Source of the DNA: Octopus sinensis
Lineage: Eukaryota
DNA: 64,000 bases
Assembly: GCF_006345805.1 (NCBI RefSeq)
Contig: NC_043015.1
Location: forward strand, 32,240,001-32,304,000
Reading direction: 5' to 3'
The position numbers and the translations under genes are program-made. Every line of letters begins with the position of its first letter. The first letter of the stretch is position 1. Shown here in pieces: positions 1 to 12,610 of the stretch. Under the pieces are notes generated by a model. The model did no database searches and was not told the origin of the DNA. It saw nothing but the letters and a program-made list of their open reading frames with translations.

Positions 1-304
1 TATAGTCCTAGGTCAGCCCTAGGTCACTTCAGACCTTCGAACCAAGGTGTCCCACGCCACTCTTTCGCTGGAGCTGTTCTTGCTGTTGGTTCAAAGAATG
101 AAAATGACTTTTCCGAGACACAAATTACAGAATATTTAATGTGCATTCAGGCAGTAGATCTCCCTCCGCCACGATCGACCTCAGTTTAACATCGATGACA
201 TGAAACTGGTCATCGTGTTTAGACATTGTTTAACGTAAAATTGGTTATCCAGACACCAGAATAGCCATCTTCCAACGCGTGATATCACCCTTATACTCTA
301 AAAC

Positions 305-597
305 AAGGTTCTATGGACCCCTTTGATTAGTATTTTATTCTGGTGGACGACCATAACCATCCGAATTTTAAAGATGTATCTTATTGAAACTCTTTTAAAA
401 CCCCTGTTTTGTTTTTCCTACATTCACTTATGTAGGTTGAACTACGTAAAATGTTAGAGAAAGAAACCCAGCAGTTTCTTGCAATACATACATCGGAAAG
501 GCCTTTAAATAACTATTGTGGATCCTCAATTTACAGTTTTACGTGGACCCCGCCTCCAAAATCTTACATGGACCCCAATTAAGGACCACTACTCTAA
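305..597. mobile_element. Possible hAT-type MITE remnant
   Basis: Right end reads tagagtagtggtccttaattggggtcc on the minus strand, like CAGTGGTT-type hAT TIRs. Repeated ggacccc. Left end degraded. Confidence 0.3.
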
Positions 598-699
598 AAG
601 AAAGCGAAAGTACGAAGTTTATACGAGTTTTGCTGCAGTCAATACAAGAAATATGACAAGTTGCCATTTTGAACATTTTTGAATATTTTATCTTTTGCC

Positions 700-1044
700 T
701 TTTACTTGTTTCAGTCATTGGACTGAGGCCATGCTGGGGCACAATCCTGAAGGGTTTAGCTGAACAAATAGACCTCCGTACTTATTTTTGTTTTTTAAAA
801 TCTGGGACTTATTCTATTTGGTTCTTTTGATGAAACGCTAAGTTACAGGGACAAAAGCAAACCAACACCGGCAATCAAATGGGGTGCGGTGGGTTGGTGT
901 TGGAGGCAAACACAAACACAAAGACACGCACGCACACACACGCACACACACACACACACACACACGCGCACACACACACACACACGCACACGCACGAACA
1001 CACATACACATACGTACAGACACACACACATACACACACACACG

Positions 1045-1101
<57 letters not shown>

Positions 1102-1255
1102 AACGGGCTTCCACATCGTTTCCGTTTGCCAAATTCACTCACAAGGTATTAGTCGATTCGGGCTAGAGAGTAGAATACGCTTACTCAAGGTGACACGCAA
1201 TGGGACTGAACCCGAAACCACATGGTTACAAAGCGAGCTTCTTAACCACACAGCT
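700..1255 (-). mobile_element. tRNA-derived SINE, family A, internal (CA)n expansion
   Basis: Reverse complement of the family A pattern seen at 1386-1828, diverged. Confidence 0.85.
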
Positions 1256-1385
1256 AAGTCTGAACCAATAGTTATCAAATCATCAAAAGGATAATTAATC
1301 CATGACGTTTCTGGTCATTCCTTAAAGGCAAAGCAACGCTTACTCTTATTTGTCTTGGCGATGATTTTTGCTTTACTGAACTTAC

Positions 1386-1828
1386 GCAGGAGTGGCTGTG
1401 TGGTAAGTAGCTTGCTAACCAACCACATGGTTCCAGGTTCAGTCCCACTGCGTGGCACCTTGGGCAAGTGTCTTTTACTATAGCCCTGGGCCGACCAATG
1501 CCTTGTGAGTGGATTTGGTAGACGGAAACTGAAAGAAGACCGTCGTATATATGTATATATATTATATATTATATATAATATATATGTGTGTGTGTGTGTG
1601 TGTGGTGTGTTGCGTGTGTTTGTGTTTGTGTGTCTGTGTTTGTCCCCCTAGCATTGCTTGACAACCGATACTGGTGTGTTTATGTCCCCGTCACTTAGCG
1701 GTTCGGCAAAAGAGACCGATAGAATAAGTACTGGGCTTACAAGGAATAAGTCCCGGGGTCGATTTGCTCGACTAAAGGCGGTGCTCCAGCATGGCCGCAG
1801 TCAAATGACTGAAACAAGTAAAGAGAGA
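1386..1828 (+). mobile_element. tRNA-derived SINE, family A, full length
   Basis: Head ggagtggctgtgtggtaag...ggttcagtccc (A-box/B-box-like), body ccttgggcaagtgtctt, internal TA/TG microsatellite, tail gactgaaacaagtaaaga. Many copies in the window. Octopus tRNA-derived SINEs (OK/OR1/OR2) are known, but I cannot assign which one this is. Confidence 0.9.
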
Positions 1829-2059
1829 GTACTGCCACGTCCTATATTAGTTCAAAATCAATTGATATATACACACATCTGTCCTCCTCCAATATCTATG
1901 ATTTTACCCCAAACGTCTCTAAATCGACTTTTTCGTTTTCCACATGAAACGGAAAATAAGGCTGGAGAAGAAATGCCTGTCGCAAAGTGTGTTTCGTAAA
2001 AGATGGAAGTCTAGAGAAAGTAAATTGCGAGTGAAAGAACCTGTTTAAATGATAATGTA

Positions 2060-2159
2060 NNNNNNNNNNNNNNNNNNNNNNNNNNNNNNNNNNNNNNNNN
2101 NNNNNNNNNNNNNNNNNNNNNNNNNNNNNNNNNNNNNNNNNNNNNNNNNNNNNNNNNNN
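2060..2159. other. Assembly gap (100 N)
   Basis: Run of N. Confidence 1.
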
Positions 2160-2538
2160 TTAATGCAAGGTTATCACCGGTTCAAATATGCTTGGAGCAT
2201 ATTCGAACCCTCAAGATAACCATTCACTGTGTTTTGTCATGGAGAAAATTTCTCGATGCAGACAAATTATGTAAATACACTTAAAATCAGCTCACAGCGC
2301 CACCTAGCCAGACTGTGAGATGCAATCATTTCGGAATGGTTATTTCCTCTTTAGCGACAGCCACAGAACAAGGTGTGCTTGGAGTATGTGTTGAAAACCA
2401 ATCGTCTGGTCACGGATGGAATCTCTTTTATAATCAATATATGACAGCAACTTCAGTGTTACAAAGCTTGTACACCTCTCACTGTAAGCATCATCCCCTC
2501 TCCCGAAATTACTGCCCTTGTGGCAAAATTTGAAACCG

Positions 2539-2945
<407 letters not shown>

Positions 2946-3463
2946 TATGTTATCATTGCTATTGATTCTATCATTATTAATATGTCAACTAATACTCTGG
3001 TAACAATTACGATCGTAATTTAAACTATTACAACTAAAAATATTCAGATGGACAATTACTATTAAATCTATAATTTTTGGTCTGCTTGGAATTAACATCA
3101 TACCTGTTTAATTTAGAGTGATTATTGGTTGATTTAATCGATTATAAATTAGGCATAGTAGAATAAAATTGTTTAACGGCAGAATTATTCAACATTTGAA
3201 AAAAATTGTTTGAAAGAATTGTGAAGAATAAGAGTATGGCTCTCGTTTTAACAGATGCAGTAAATGAATGCTGTACGAATGTATGTATGTATGTATGTAT
3301 GTATGTATGTATGTATGTATGTATGTATGTATGTATGTATGCATGTATGTGTGTATGTATGTAAATATGTATGTATATTTATGCATACACATTTGTGTGT
3401 GTTTTGGTGTGTATATGTATATGTGTATGTGTGTATAAGAATCCCATCGCATATATGTATGTG

Positions 3464-3503
<40 letters not shown>

Positions 3504-4718
3504 ATCTATCTATCTATCTAATTTTTTATTTCCTATCCTATATTATCTAACGTGTCCTGCGATTTTCAAAACAGTAGAGTGTGATTTAAAGAAGATTTAC
3601 CTGCTATTTCTAGCGGATTAAATGAAAAAGTAATGTAGACCTTCATCAACAAGTTACAAGGACAGGTCATGAAGAATGAAATCTCAAAAATATGTCGTGG
3701 GTAGTTCAAGGTATTTAGAGGAAAATGTCCTGTTTTTCTAGTTTGTTCATGAATATAAACGGAATAAAATATCGGTTCTGACAAGAAGCTTAATCGAGTC
3801 AGACGTGATGTCTTAAATTTTATTGAATCGAAGGCTCCAACGAGGAAAAATGGTTATCCGACCCGATGGCATTATGTCAAAGAATTATCTTGTCTTATAT
3901 TTACGCTTTGGCTTCCCTGGTTAAAATTTGCTTCGCAGAATTTTTTGACATTTTTTAAAATGAATTTAAGAAAATAGGAATAATTTTTTTTTTATATTTC
4001 TTTTACTTTTTGTTTTTCCAGTTATTTGACCTTTTGACGTCATGGGGTTAGCTAGAAGGTGGCGACTTTACAATATTTAGCTCTGGCTTGGCAGAATAGG
4101 AAATAAGAGATGTATATATACATAAACCATTAATCATTCTGCGGAATCAATTGGGGTTAGGTCAAATATAATTTTGTGTAAGAAGTTCAACTACGTCAGT
4201 TCTTCTTCACTGAGATATTATTGTTGTTTTTCTTTTATTTTGTTTTGATTTCTCGATCAGTCTGATTAAAAACGGTCAATGCTCGCAGCCATCCAAGCCG
4301 TCCATGACAGAAAGTTGCAGATGGCAGTGTAATAGCTACTGTGTTAACAGTTAAGCTTAAACTGCCCAGAGGTTGTTTGTAAGACGGGAGCTCTTGTTGG
4401 AGACATATTTCTGTGGAAGAAAAGGTTGAGTCAAATTGAAACGGAACCAGAGTTTCGAATTAAGGGCAATGTGGAGTGAGGTGATTGGTGAGTTCTGGTC
4501 CTGAAGTTGAATACAGAACCCCACGCACAACATATAAGTCGGGTTGAACCAGGTACCGCTAGACTAACGACCTAGTTAACGACCTCCTATAGTTGACCGG
4601 CTATAGGCTTGCTTGATCAGGCCACACAACAATGTCTGAGGTCACACAACAACATCTGCGATCAAACAACATTAACATGAACAACATAAGTCCTAGGATC
4701 AATATGAGGCAACTACAA

Positions 4719-4936
4719 GGCTGCGAGCTGGCAGAATAGTTAACATGCCGGGAAAATGCTTAGTGGCATCTCGTTCGTCCTTACGTTCTGAGTTCAAATT
4801 CCGGTGAGGTTGACTTTATCTCTCATCCTTTCGGGGTCGATAAAATAAGTACCAGTTGAATGCTGAGGTCGATGTAACCGATCTACTCCTTCCCTTGAAG
4901 TTGCTGACCTTGTGATAAAATATGAAACCAATATTA
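4719..4936 (+). mobile_element. SINE family B, tail type B2
   Basis: Head ggc.gcgagctggcagaa..gttaac, B-box gagttcaaattcc, tail ccttgtg..aaaatatgaaaccaatatt. Confidence 0.85.
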
Positions 4937-4950
4937 GGCATCTATACATA

Positions 4951-5178
4951 TTTTTTTACAACCCACAAGGGGCTAAACGCAGAGGGGACAAAAAGGACAG
5001 ACAAACGGATTAAGTCGATTACATCGACCCCAGTGCGCAACTGGTACTTATTTAATCGACCCCGAAAGGATGAAAGGCAAAGTCGACCTCGGCGGAATTT
5101 GAACTCAGAACGTAACGGCAGACGAAATACGGCCACGCATTTCGCCCGGCGTGCTAACGTTTCTGCCAGCTCGCCGCC
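4951..5178 (-). mobile_element. SINE family B, tail type B1 (Tx1-like tail)
   Basis: Near-identical reverse complement of 44793-45021. Confidence 0.9.
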
Positions 5179-5578
5179 TTATATACCATAGAAGGCGTTA
5201 CTCCAGCATGGTCACGGTTCAATAACTAAAACTAATGAAAAATAGCCAACTAAACGCACGTGAAATGTGATAACGTTTGTATACGTTGAATATGTTCAGC
5301 AGTCAATATTTTGTAAAAAGATGTGGTTTTAGTTACCAGATATATTGCATAAATACGTTGTTCTTCAGTGTTCGGTTTGAGTTGGAATTCTTGAAATTAT
5401 ATGCTTGTGAGTTTGTGTCTGTGTATGTGAATGTGTGTATGTATGTGTACATGTGTGTGCGCTTGTGTGGGTGTGTGAGCTTGTGCATACATCCTCACGT
5501 TTATGTTTAAAAGCATGCACGAATTATTGTTTTTAGTATAAAGTATACCCTTCAAACCGAAATATATATAATATATAT

Positions 5579-5628
<50 letters not shown>

Positions 5629-5814
5629 GTGTGTGTGTATGTGTGTGTCCGTAAATATTCAGGTATGTATGTGTATGTGTGTGTATGGCATCCATGGATA
5701 TTGACATAAATAAACACCGATAGATTTAATATAGACATATAGATATTGATATGTATATGCATATAACATAAAGATATATAAATATATATATACATGTAGA
5801 CATTACATATATGC

Positions 5815-5846
<32 letters not shown>

Positions 5847-5853
5847 CATAAAG

Positions 5854-5894
<41 letters not shown>

Positions 5895-7276
5895 CATGTG
5901 TGGTGTATATACACACATGTATACATTGCATACACACACACACGGATGCACATATATTGATAATACACATACTTCTATCTATTTATATGTTTATATCTAT
6001 ATTTGTATGTGTGTGTTGTCAACAGTATGCAAGACTAAATCTAGTGCAATTTTTTTTTCTACTGATTTCCACTCCCCTCTCATCTGAATATTGATGGCGG
6101 AAGTCGAGTCATAGATGACACTTTGATAATGTAAACACGTTGGTAAATGTTGGAAGAGGAATCGTAGTTATCCCTCCTTTGATAATGTTAATACGTCGAT
6201 AATGTTACTTGAAAGAGATGAAATGCTGGAAACGAATAAACACGAATATATTGCTGTAGTTGGTGGAATCTTTTTACTTGTTCTGTCAGTTAAATGTGAA
6301 GAGACAAACGGAGGCACACCGCGCCATGAAACGTCTGCTGAATGCTTAATTTGGTGACGTCATGGAGTGGAGAGATATGATTGATCGTGTCTTGGATGTT
6401 CAAGTGATCTTCTTGTCTCAAACACGATGTCAAGTTGCTCCATTTTCGATTTTGTTGTGGAACAAATCATCTGTTGTACATGTTTGTGTGCGTCCGAATG
6501 TCTGTGCTCATCTGTATATGTGTGTGTATGTGTGGGACTTTCTCTGTGCGTGTGTGTGTTTTCTAAAAGTGTAGCGTTATTCGTCGTGTGAAGGCCATCG
6601 ATCGAAACTTAGACCGCGATGTTTCTCTGCTACGCCGATTCCTGTGTGATGCTCACAACAGTATCAGTGGATATAAGACAAGATTAAAGTCTAAAACTAT
6701 TTGTATGTTACATGACAAGAGCAGTGAGTGGTGGAGGGAACCAATCTGGGAAATTTTATATCTCTGGTTGTATCATTTAGTAAGTCAACGCATGAGTGGT
6801 GTCGTTTGAGCAAAGGACAGACTGCCTGAAGTTATTTGTTCTGAGCCTCTGCACTCCGAGTTCAAATTTTGACGAAACAAATCTTGCCTTTCATCCTTTC
6901 GGTGTCGATATAAAAGAATTAATCTGGAGCGATGGAATAGACAAGATGCTTTTCGATATTTTGTTTCTTTTACGTTCCCACGGTAACACCATCGTCGACG
7001 CGGGTGTCAAGTTGTATCCGCCCAAATCAGCGGTCTTTCCCTTCAATGACATCCGTGGTGGGGGGCAGAAAGAGACTTATATGCATGGACAACTGCACAT
7101 CTTTCTCGCCTTGTCCAAGCGTGCACATACATATGCAGAAACATGGTCAACTTTGCCAACAGAGATTCTATATAATTAAGTAGGGTTTTCAGGAGAAATA
7201 CACAATATTTCTATGATATAAGGAAGATGATCCAATGTATGAGTCCCTACATTTTAACTTCATCCATTTCATGAAT

Positions 7277-7335
<59 letters not shown>

Positions 7336-7359
7336 ATAATAATAATAATAATAATAATA

Positions 7360-7520
7360 ACATCGAAAAATACCTTAGGAACGAGAACCCAAGTTCGAAA
7401 TTTCCCCAATACACCTGATGAATGCTGGAGGGTATATCAGCCGAAATGTGGTGTTAACAACAAACAAGATGATGACGACAAATATCCGTCAATTGTAAAT
7501 AATGTAAATAATGTACGTAA
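7360..7520 (+). mobile_element. Penelope-type short repeat with a decayed minimal hammerhead motif
   Basis: acac-CTGATGA-a-tgctg(loop)cagcc-GAAA-tg-tg-gtgt at 7411-7454. Assignment to Penelope-like elements is inferred from the motif. Confidence 0.55.
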
Positions 7521-7908
7521 TTGGTCATCTCTTAAATATAGAACTGTAGTAATACAAGTATAGGAGATTTCTGCCTATCAGAGTATTAGCAAATATTGCA
7601 GAAGTTCTAGATTCCGAGATAGATATAGTATTGGCATTTATCTTAACAGATGACATAAATATACTTTGAAACGACCATTACTGAGATGAACTTCCAGCAA
7701 CTCTATGCAACGAATATTGATTTAATATTATTCTTGTTTTATTAAGCAAAAGGTCAGCGTTTTAAACTGCCACTATAATTACTGATATTTATTTATTCAT
7801 CCTAGCTACACGAGAGTTGCACGTGAAATGTTGATGCGATATTTGTGCGTTATATATACATACATAACTATAAACGTACATATATGTTCGTATATATATA
7901 TATATATA

Positions 7909-7953
<45 letters not shown>

Positions 7954-8847
7954 ACATATGTATACATAAATATATGTATACACGTATATATATGCATTTG
8001 CATTTTTACACACACGTATAATAAACAGACTCTAAAAGTAGGCACATTAATGTATATATCAAAATACATCTATGTATACATTAATATCTTATCCAGATAT
8101 AATGTGTTTCTGATCACAGAACAGCAGAAAAACTAAATGATACTTCATAGGCATAAGTGGTAACGATAAAAAACTCTTGTGACAGAATTAACTTTTTGTA
8201 TACTATTCGGTGAAGAATAACCAGGAGATGACGATAGGAAGATAAAATCCGAGAAGTTTTATAAAGTCTTTCTCACTTGTAAAACCTATACAGAGATCGC
8301 AAAAAAATCTCAAAAAATTAACAGTAGAATTTTTTTGTGGTAGGCATGACTGACTGTGTGTCTTAAATTGTGATGTAAGGTATGGGAATTGCTCTCTTAA
8401 AGGACTGTACTTGTGTTAGTAGTTGATATATAGATCAGGCATAATCATTGCTGTTAGCATTGAGAGGAATTAAATAGGACTTATGGCGAACATTTTTAAA
8501 ATTGGATACTATCAACACAAATATTCCTTTAGATACAAAAAAAAACATTTGAAAATTAAGGGATAATGGAATAAAAAACAGTTCTATAACGTAGAGTAAT
8601 CTGGACAAAGATCTCATCTACACCAATAAAACAAGAAAATGCACTTTGTGCTTATTCAGAATATTCTATATTTTAACGCAATCATCAAATAGTAGCATAT
8701 CAGACATTTTTGTTATCACAAATGAAAATATTTGCGGGTTAATTTTCAAATTGTTTTCTTTCGTATAAGAGGATTCCACCAACATCCTACTGTGTGTCAT
8801 ATCACTCCCGTATTTTTATTATTATTTCTCTTCTTTTCCTACTCCCT

Positions 8848-8965
8848 CTTCTTCTTCTTCTTCTTCTTCTTCTTCTTCTTCTTCTTCTTCTTCTTCTTCT
8901 TCTTCTTCTTCTTCTTCTTCTTCTTCTTCTTCTTCTTCTTCTTCTTCTTCTTCTTCTTCTTCTTC
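8848..8965. repeat. Perfect (CTT)n, ~39 units
   Basis: Seen directly. Confidence 0.97.
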
Positions 8966-9126
8966 ACCTCCTTCCTCCTTCCTACTACAATCAAAACCAA
9001 TAACTACCTATTACCTGCCACGAACCTTCACAAGAGTAAAAACGAGAGTGAGAAAGAGAGACAGACAGGAAAAAAAAAAGGAAAATTCCCTTGTGTTTGA
9101 AAACTATGGAAATATTAAGAAAAAAA

Positions 9127-9297
9127 TTCATTTAATTTTTCCACAATTTAATCGTTTTTCATGCTTTACTCTAAGTTGAAAAAGTTGCAATGACTAAAAC
9201 TGGTACTAAAATGTTCTTCATGATAAAATTATTTTAGCATTTTATACCTCGTCTTATTTTCCTTATACATATCAACTCGTGTGTTCCTTTTCAACCT

Positions 9298-9300
<3 letters not shown>
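9127..9300 (+). repeat. ~175-bp direct repeat, copy 1 (copy 2 at 11930-12103)
   Basis: Collinear from ttcatttaatt to ttcaaccttct. Both copies are followed by (CA)n. Confidence 0.9.
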
Positions 9301-9375
<75 letters not shown>

Positions 9376-9779
9376 GTGTATGTATATGTAAGTGTATGTA
9401 TGTGTGTGTATGTATATATATATATATATAAAGTTTCCAGCAGGTGGATACGGGAATCGAATCTGTGACCCTCAGATAGTGATTGAGTGCTCCACCATCA
9501 AGCCAAGTGGTTGGTGCATACATGTACGTACACATATTTATGAGAATGGCGTAAGGTATTAAATCAGATTATCGGTGTTGAAATCTGTTATTTATAAAGT
9601 TACAAAGTTTGAAGTTAATACAGCGATCCATCAGTCCGTATTCTGCAAAGGTCATGGAGGAAAAGTTATGGCATGGACAAAGTAAGTGGTCTGTGGGAAA
9701 GGATTAAGCCGAACGCTTTAAAAATCGTTTGTTTTGAAGTTTCAGGCTTTGTGTAGTAATCAAATGTCTTAATTCTTCA

Positions 9780-10060
9780 TTGCATCGCATTAATGTAATT
9801 TATAGCAGAAGCTCTCGGATTACGAGAAGATAGTTCGGCTAAATTCATCCATAATCCCATCTGATGCTACATTGTAATCCAATAAAACCCAGAAATAAGA
9901 TATTTCTTGGTTTTTAATAAAAGCCAACATGAAGCGTTTCCTCAAGAGTTCTTGAAACCATATTCTTCAAACAAGCTACAGTTTTATTTTTGTCAGGAAG
10001 TTAAATACAAAAATATCTGCGATATTACCTGGGGAGTATGGCGAAGTATATAAAAATGGT
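9780..10060 (-). pseudogene. Decayed mariner transposase C-terminal fragment
   Basis: LPYSPGNIADIFVFNF resembles the mariner PYSPDIAPSDF motif. Heavily degraded. Confidence 0.45.
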
Positions 10061-10356
10061 TATAAAAGTCTAAAGATGCTTGTTTATCAATGCATCCGTC
10101 CATCTAACAAGCCATCCAGCCAACCGACCAGCCTGCAAGACATCGATCTATTCGCTTATTTATTTAATCATCCTTGTACAAGCGGAATCGACTCCAACAA
10201 AATGAATGACTAAATGGAGTCTGTGACCCAATAAAGGAGCCTGTACGTGGTTAACCGAATTGCTAGAAATAGTACTCATCTATGTCTCAAATCTTAACTT
10301 ATTATCTAAAAAATATACTATTTATATTAGATGATATATAGTAGTATATGCTATCA

Positions 10357-10574
10357 ATATATTGGTTTTAAATTTTGGCACAAGCCAGCAATCTCAGGGG
10401 AGAGATAAGTCGATTAGATCGATCCTAGTTTTCAACTGATACTTATTTTATCGACCTCTGAAAGATGAAAGGTAAAGTCTAGCTTTGCCGAATTTGAACT
10501 CGGAACGTAAAGACGGACGAAATGTCGCTAAGCATTTTGCCCGGCGTGCGAACGATTCTGTCTGCTAGCCGCCT
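10357..10574 (-). mobile_element. SINE family B, tail B2
   Basis: attggttttaaattttggcacaagccagcaa...aatttgaactc. Confidence 0.85.
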
Positions 10575-10612
10575 TGATACTATCTGTATATTAGATAATA
10601 TAGATATTATAT

Positions 10613-10940
10613 ACATGGCTCAGTGATGAGAGTGTCGAGCTTACGATCGTGAGGTTGTGAGTTCGATTCCCGAACCGGGCTGCATGTTGTGTTCTTGAGC
10701 AAGACACTTTATTTCACGTTGCTCCAGTTAACTCAGCTGTAGAAATGAGTCGCGACATCACTGGTGCCAAGCTGTATCGGTTTTTGACTTTCCCTTGGAT
10801 AACATCGGTGGTGTGGAGAGAGGAGGCTGGTATGCATAGGCGACTGCTGGCCTTTCACAAGCAACCTTGCTCGGACTTGTGCCTCGGATGGTAACTTTCT
10901 AGGTGCAATCCCATGGCTATTCATGACCGAAGGGGTCTCC
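10613..10940 (+). mobile_element. SINE family C, tail C1
   Basis: tRNA-like head (gagttcgattccc B-box), ttgagcaagacactttatttcacgttgctccag body. An old C1 tail also lies at ~6995-7170. Confidence 0.8.
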
Positions 10941-11216
10941 TCATATACAAAAGACTGAATGGCCATATTTAGAATGCTTTTAGTAACAAAGCAGCCGAGT
11001 CAAGGCTGATCTGGAGATAGACTACAACCAAATTATATGCTTGTTTTCTCTCTTTGTTTAATTCACTTTTTCTCTCTGACTTATACCTGCTTAGTAAGGC
11101 CTTAACAAGGGACTAGTATTCAGTCTTTTTTTTTCTTGGCTTTAACTTTTTTACAGGAGAAAGTAAATGACGTAGTGTTTGGTCTTCATTCTTACCAACT
11201 CTGTTTTCAGTTGTGT

Positions 11217-11219
<3 letters not shown>

Positions 11220-11272
<53 letters not shown>

Positions 11273-11369
11273 GAGAGAAAGAGATAGATAGAAAAAGTGA
11301 ATGAGAGAGAGAAAGACAGTGAGTGAGAGAGAGAGAAAGTGAGAGTGAAAGAGAGAGATAGAAAAAGTG

Positions 11370-11407
<38 letters not shown>

Positions 11408-11548
11408 TGAGTGACAGAGAGAGAGAAAGTGAGAGTGAAAGAGAGAGATAGAGAATGAGAATGAGAGAGAGGGGAGAGAGAGAGAGAAAGTGAAAGTGAA
11501 AGAGAGAGATACAGAAAGTGAATAAGAGAGAGGGAGAGAGAGAGAGAA
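11220..11548. repeat. (GA)n with a higher-order ~60-75 bp minisatellite structure
   Basis: gagaaagtgagagtgaaagagagagataga recurs 3-4 times. Confidence 0.85.
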
Positions 11549-12100
11549 ATGATTCGCTACTTAAGAGAGAGAATCATATTGTCCTTACATGCTCCGTTGA
11601 TCCTTGCTGCTATTGTTGTTTAACGCCAGGTCATGTCTGAATGGAGAAAACGGGGTATAAAGGTGTTTTGGCCACGACTATTTTTCACCTTTCTGAGTAT
11701 TGTGTATATAAAAGTCCGACGCAGTCCAATTTGAGGAAAATAAATCTGATGTTTCTAATCGATTGCACAACCGTACATAGGTACCATTGAAATAGTGAAG
11801 AGGTTTCAGATTATTGAATGCCATAATCAGATAGCTAGAGTTAACAAAATAGGTAGAAGGACAGACGCACACAAACACACACACACACACACACCACACA
11901 CACACACACAAACACACACATACAAACATTTCATTTAATTTTTCCCCAATTTAATTGTTTTTCATGCTTTACTCTAAGTTGAAAAAATCGCAGAGACTAA
12001 AACCAGTTCTAAAATGTTCTTCATGATAAAATTATTTTAGCATTTTCTACCTTGTCTTATTTTCCTTATACATATCAACACGTGTGTTCTTTTTCAACCT

Positions 12101-12103
<3 letters not shown>

Positions 12104-12173
<70 letters not shown>

Positions 12174-12482
12174 CACACACACACACGCACACACACATAC
12201 GGATAGATAGACAAACATAGAATGATGGAGAGATAGATAGGTTTGTCGGTAGGGAGGTAGAGAGACAGATAGATAGAAAGACAGACATGCAGATAGATTG
12301 ATAGATAAATAAATAAATAGATAGACAGATGGACAAAGAGACAGACAGACAAATAGATGGATAGAATAATAGACAGATAGATAAATAGATAGATAAATAG
12401 ATAGATAGATAGATAGATACATACATACACACACACACACACAAACACACATATATATATATAGATAGATAGATAGACAGAC

Positions 12483-12513
<31 letters not shown>

Positions 12514-12610
12514 CAGACAGATAGATAGATAGATAGATAGATAGCTAAATATATAGATATATATATATATATAGATAGATAGATAAATAGATAGATAAAT
12601 AGATAGATAG
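12104..12610. repeat. (CA)n then (GATA)/(GACA)n compound microsatellite
   Basis: Seen directly. Confidence 0.95.

Noticed and set aside
838-1294. Poly-CV/HT/YI/LSIY/MYVC ORFs here and throughout the ORF track
   Set aside because: Translations of di-, tri- and tetranucleotide microsatellites; no coding evidence.
1389-1460. tRNA-like sequences at SINE heads (also ~9440-9515, 17493, 63532)
   Set aside because: A/B-box-like motifs are present, but there is no full cloverleaf and they continue into repeat bodies. These are SINE heads, not tRNA genes.
3640-3990. Possible Tc1/mariner remnant
   Set aside because: No transposase motif or TIR could be read convincingly.
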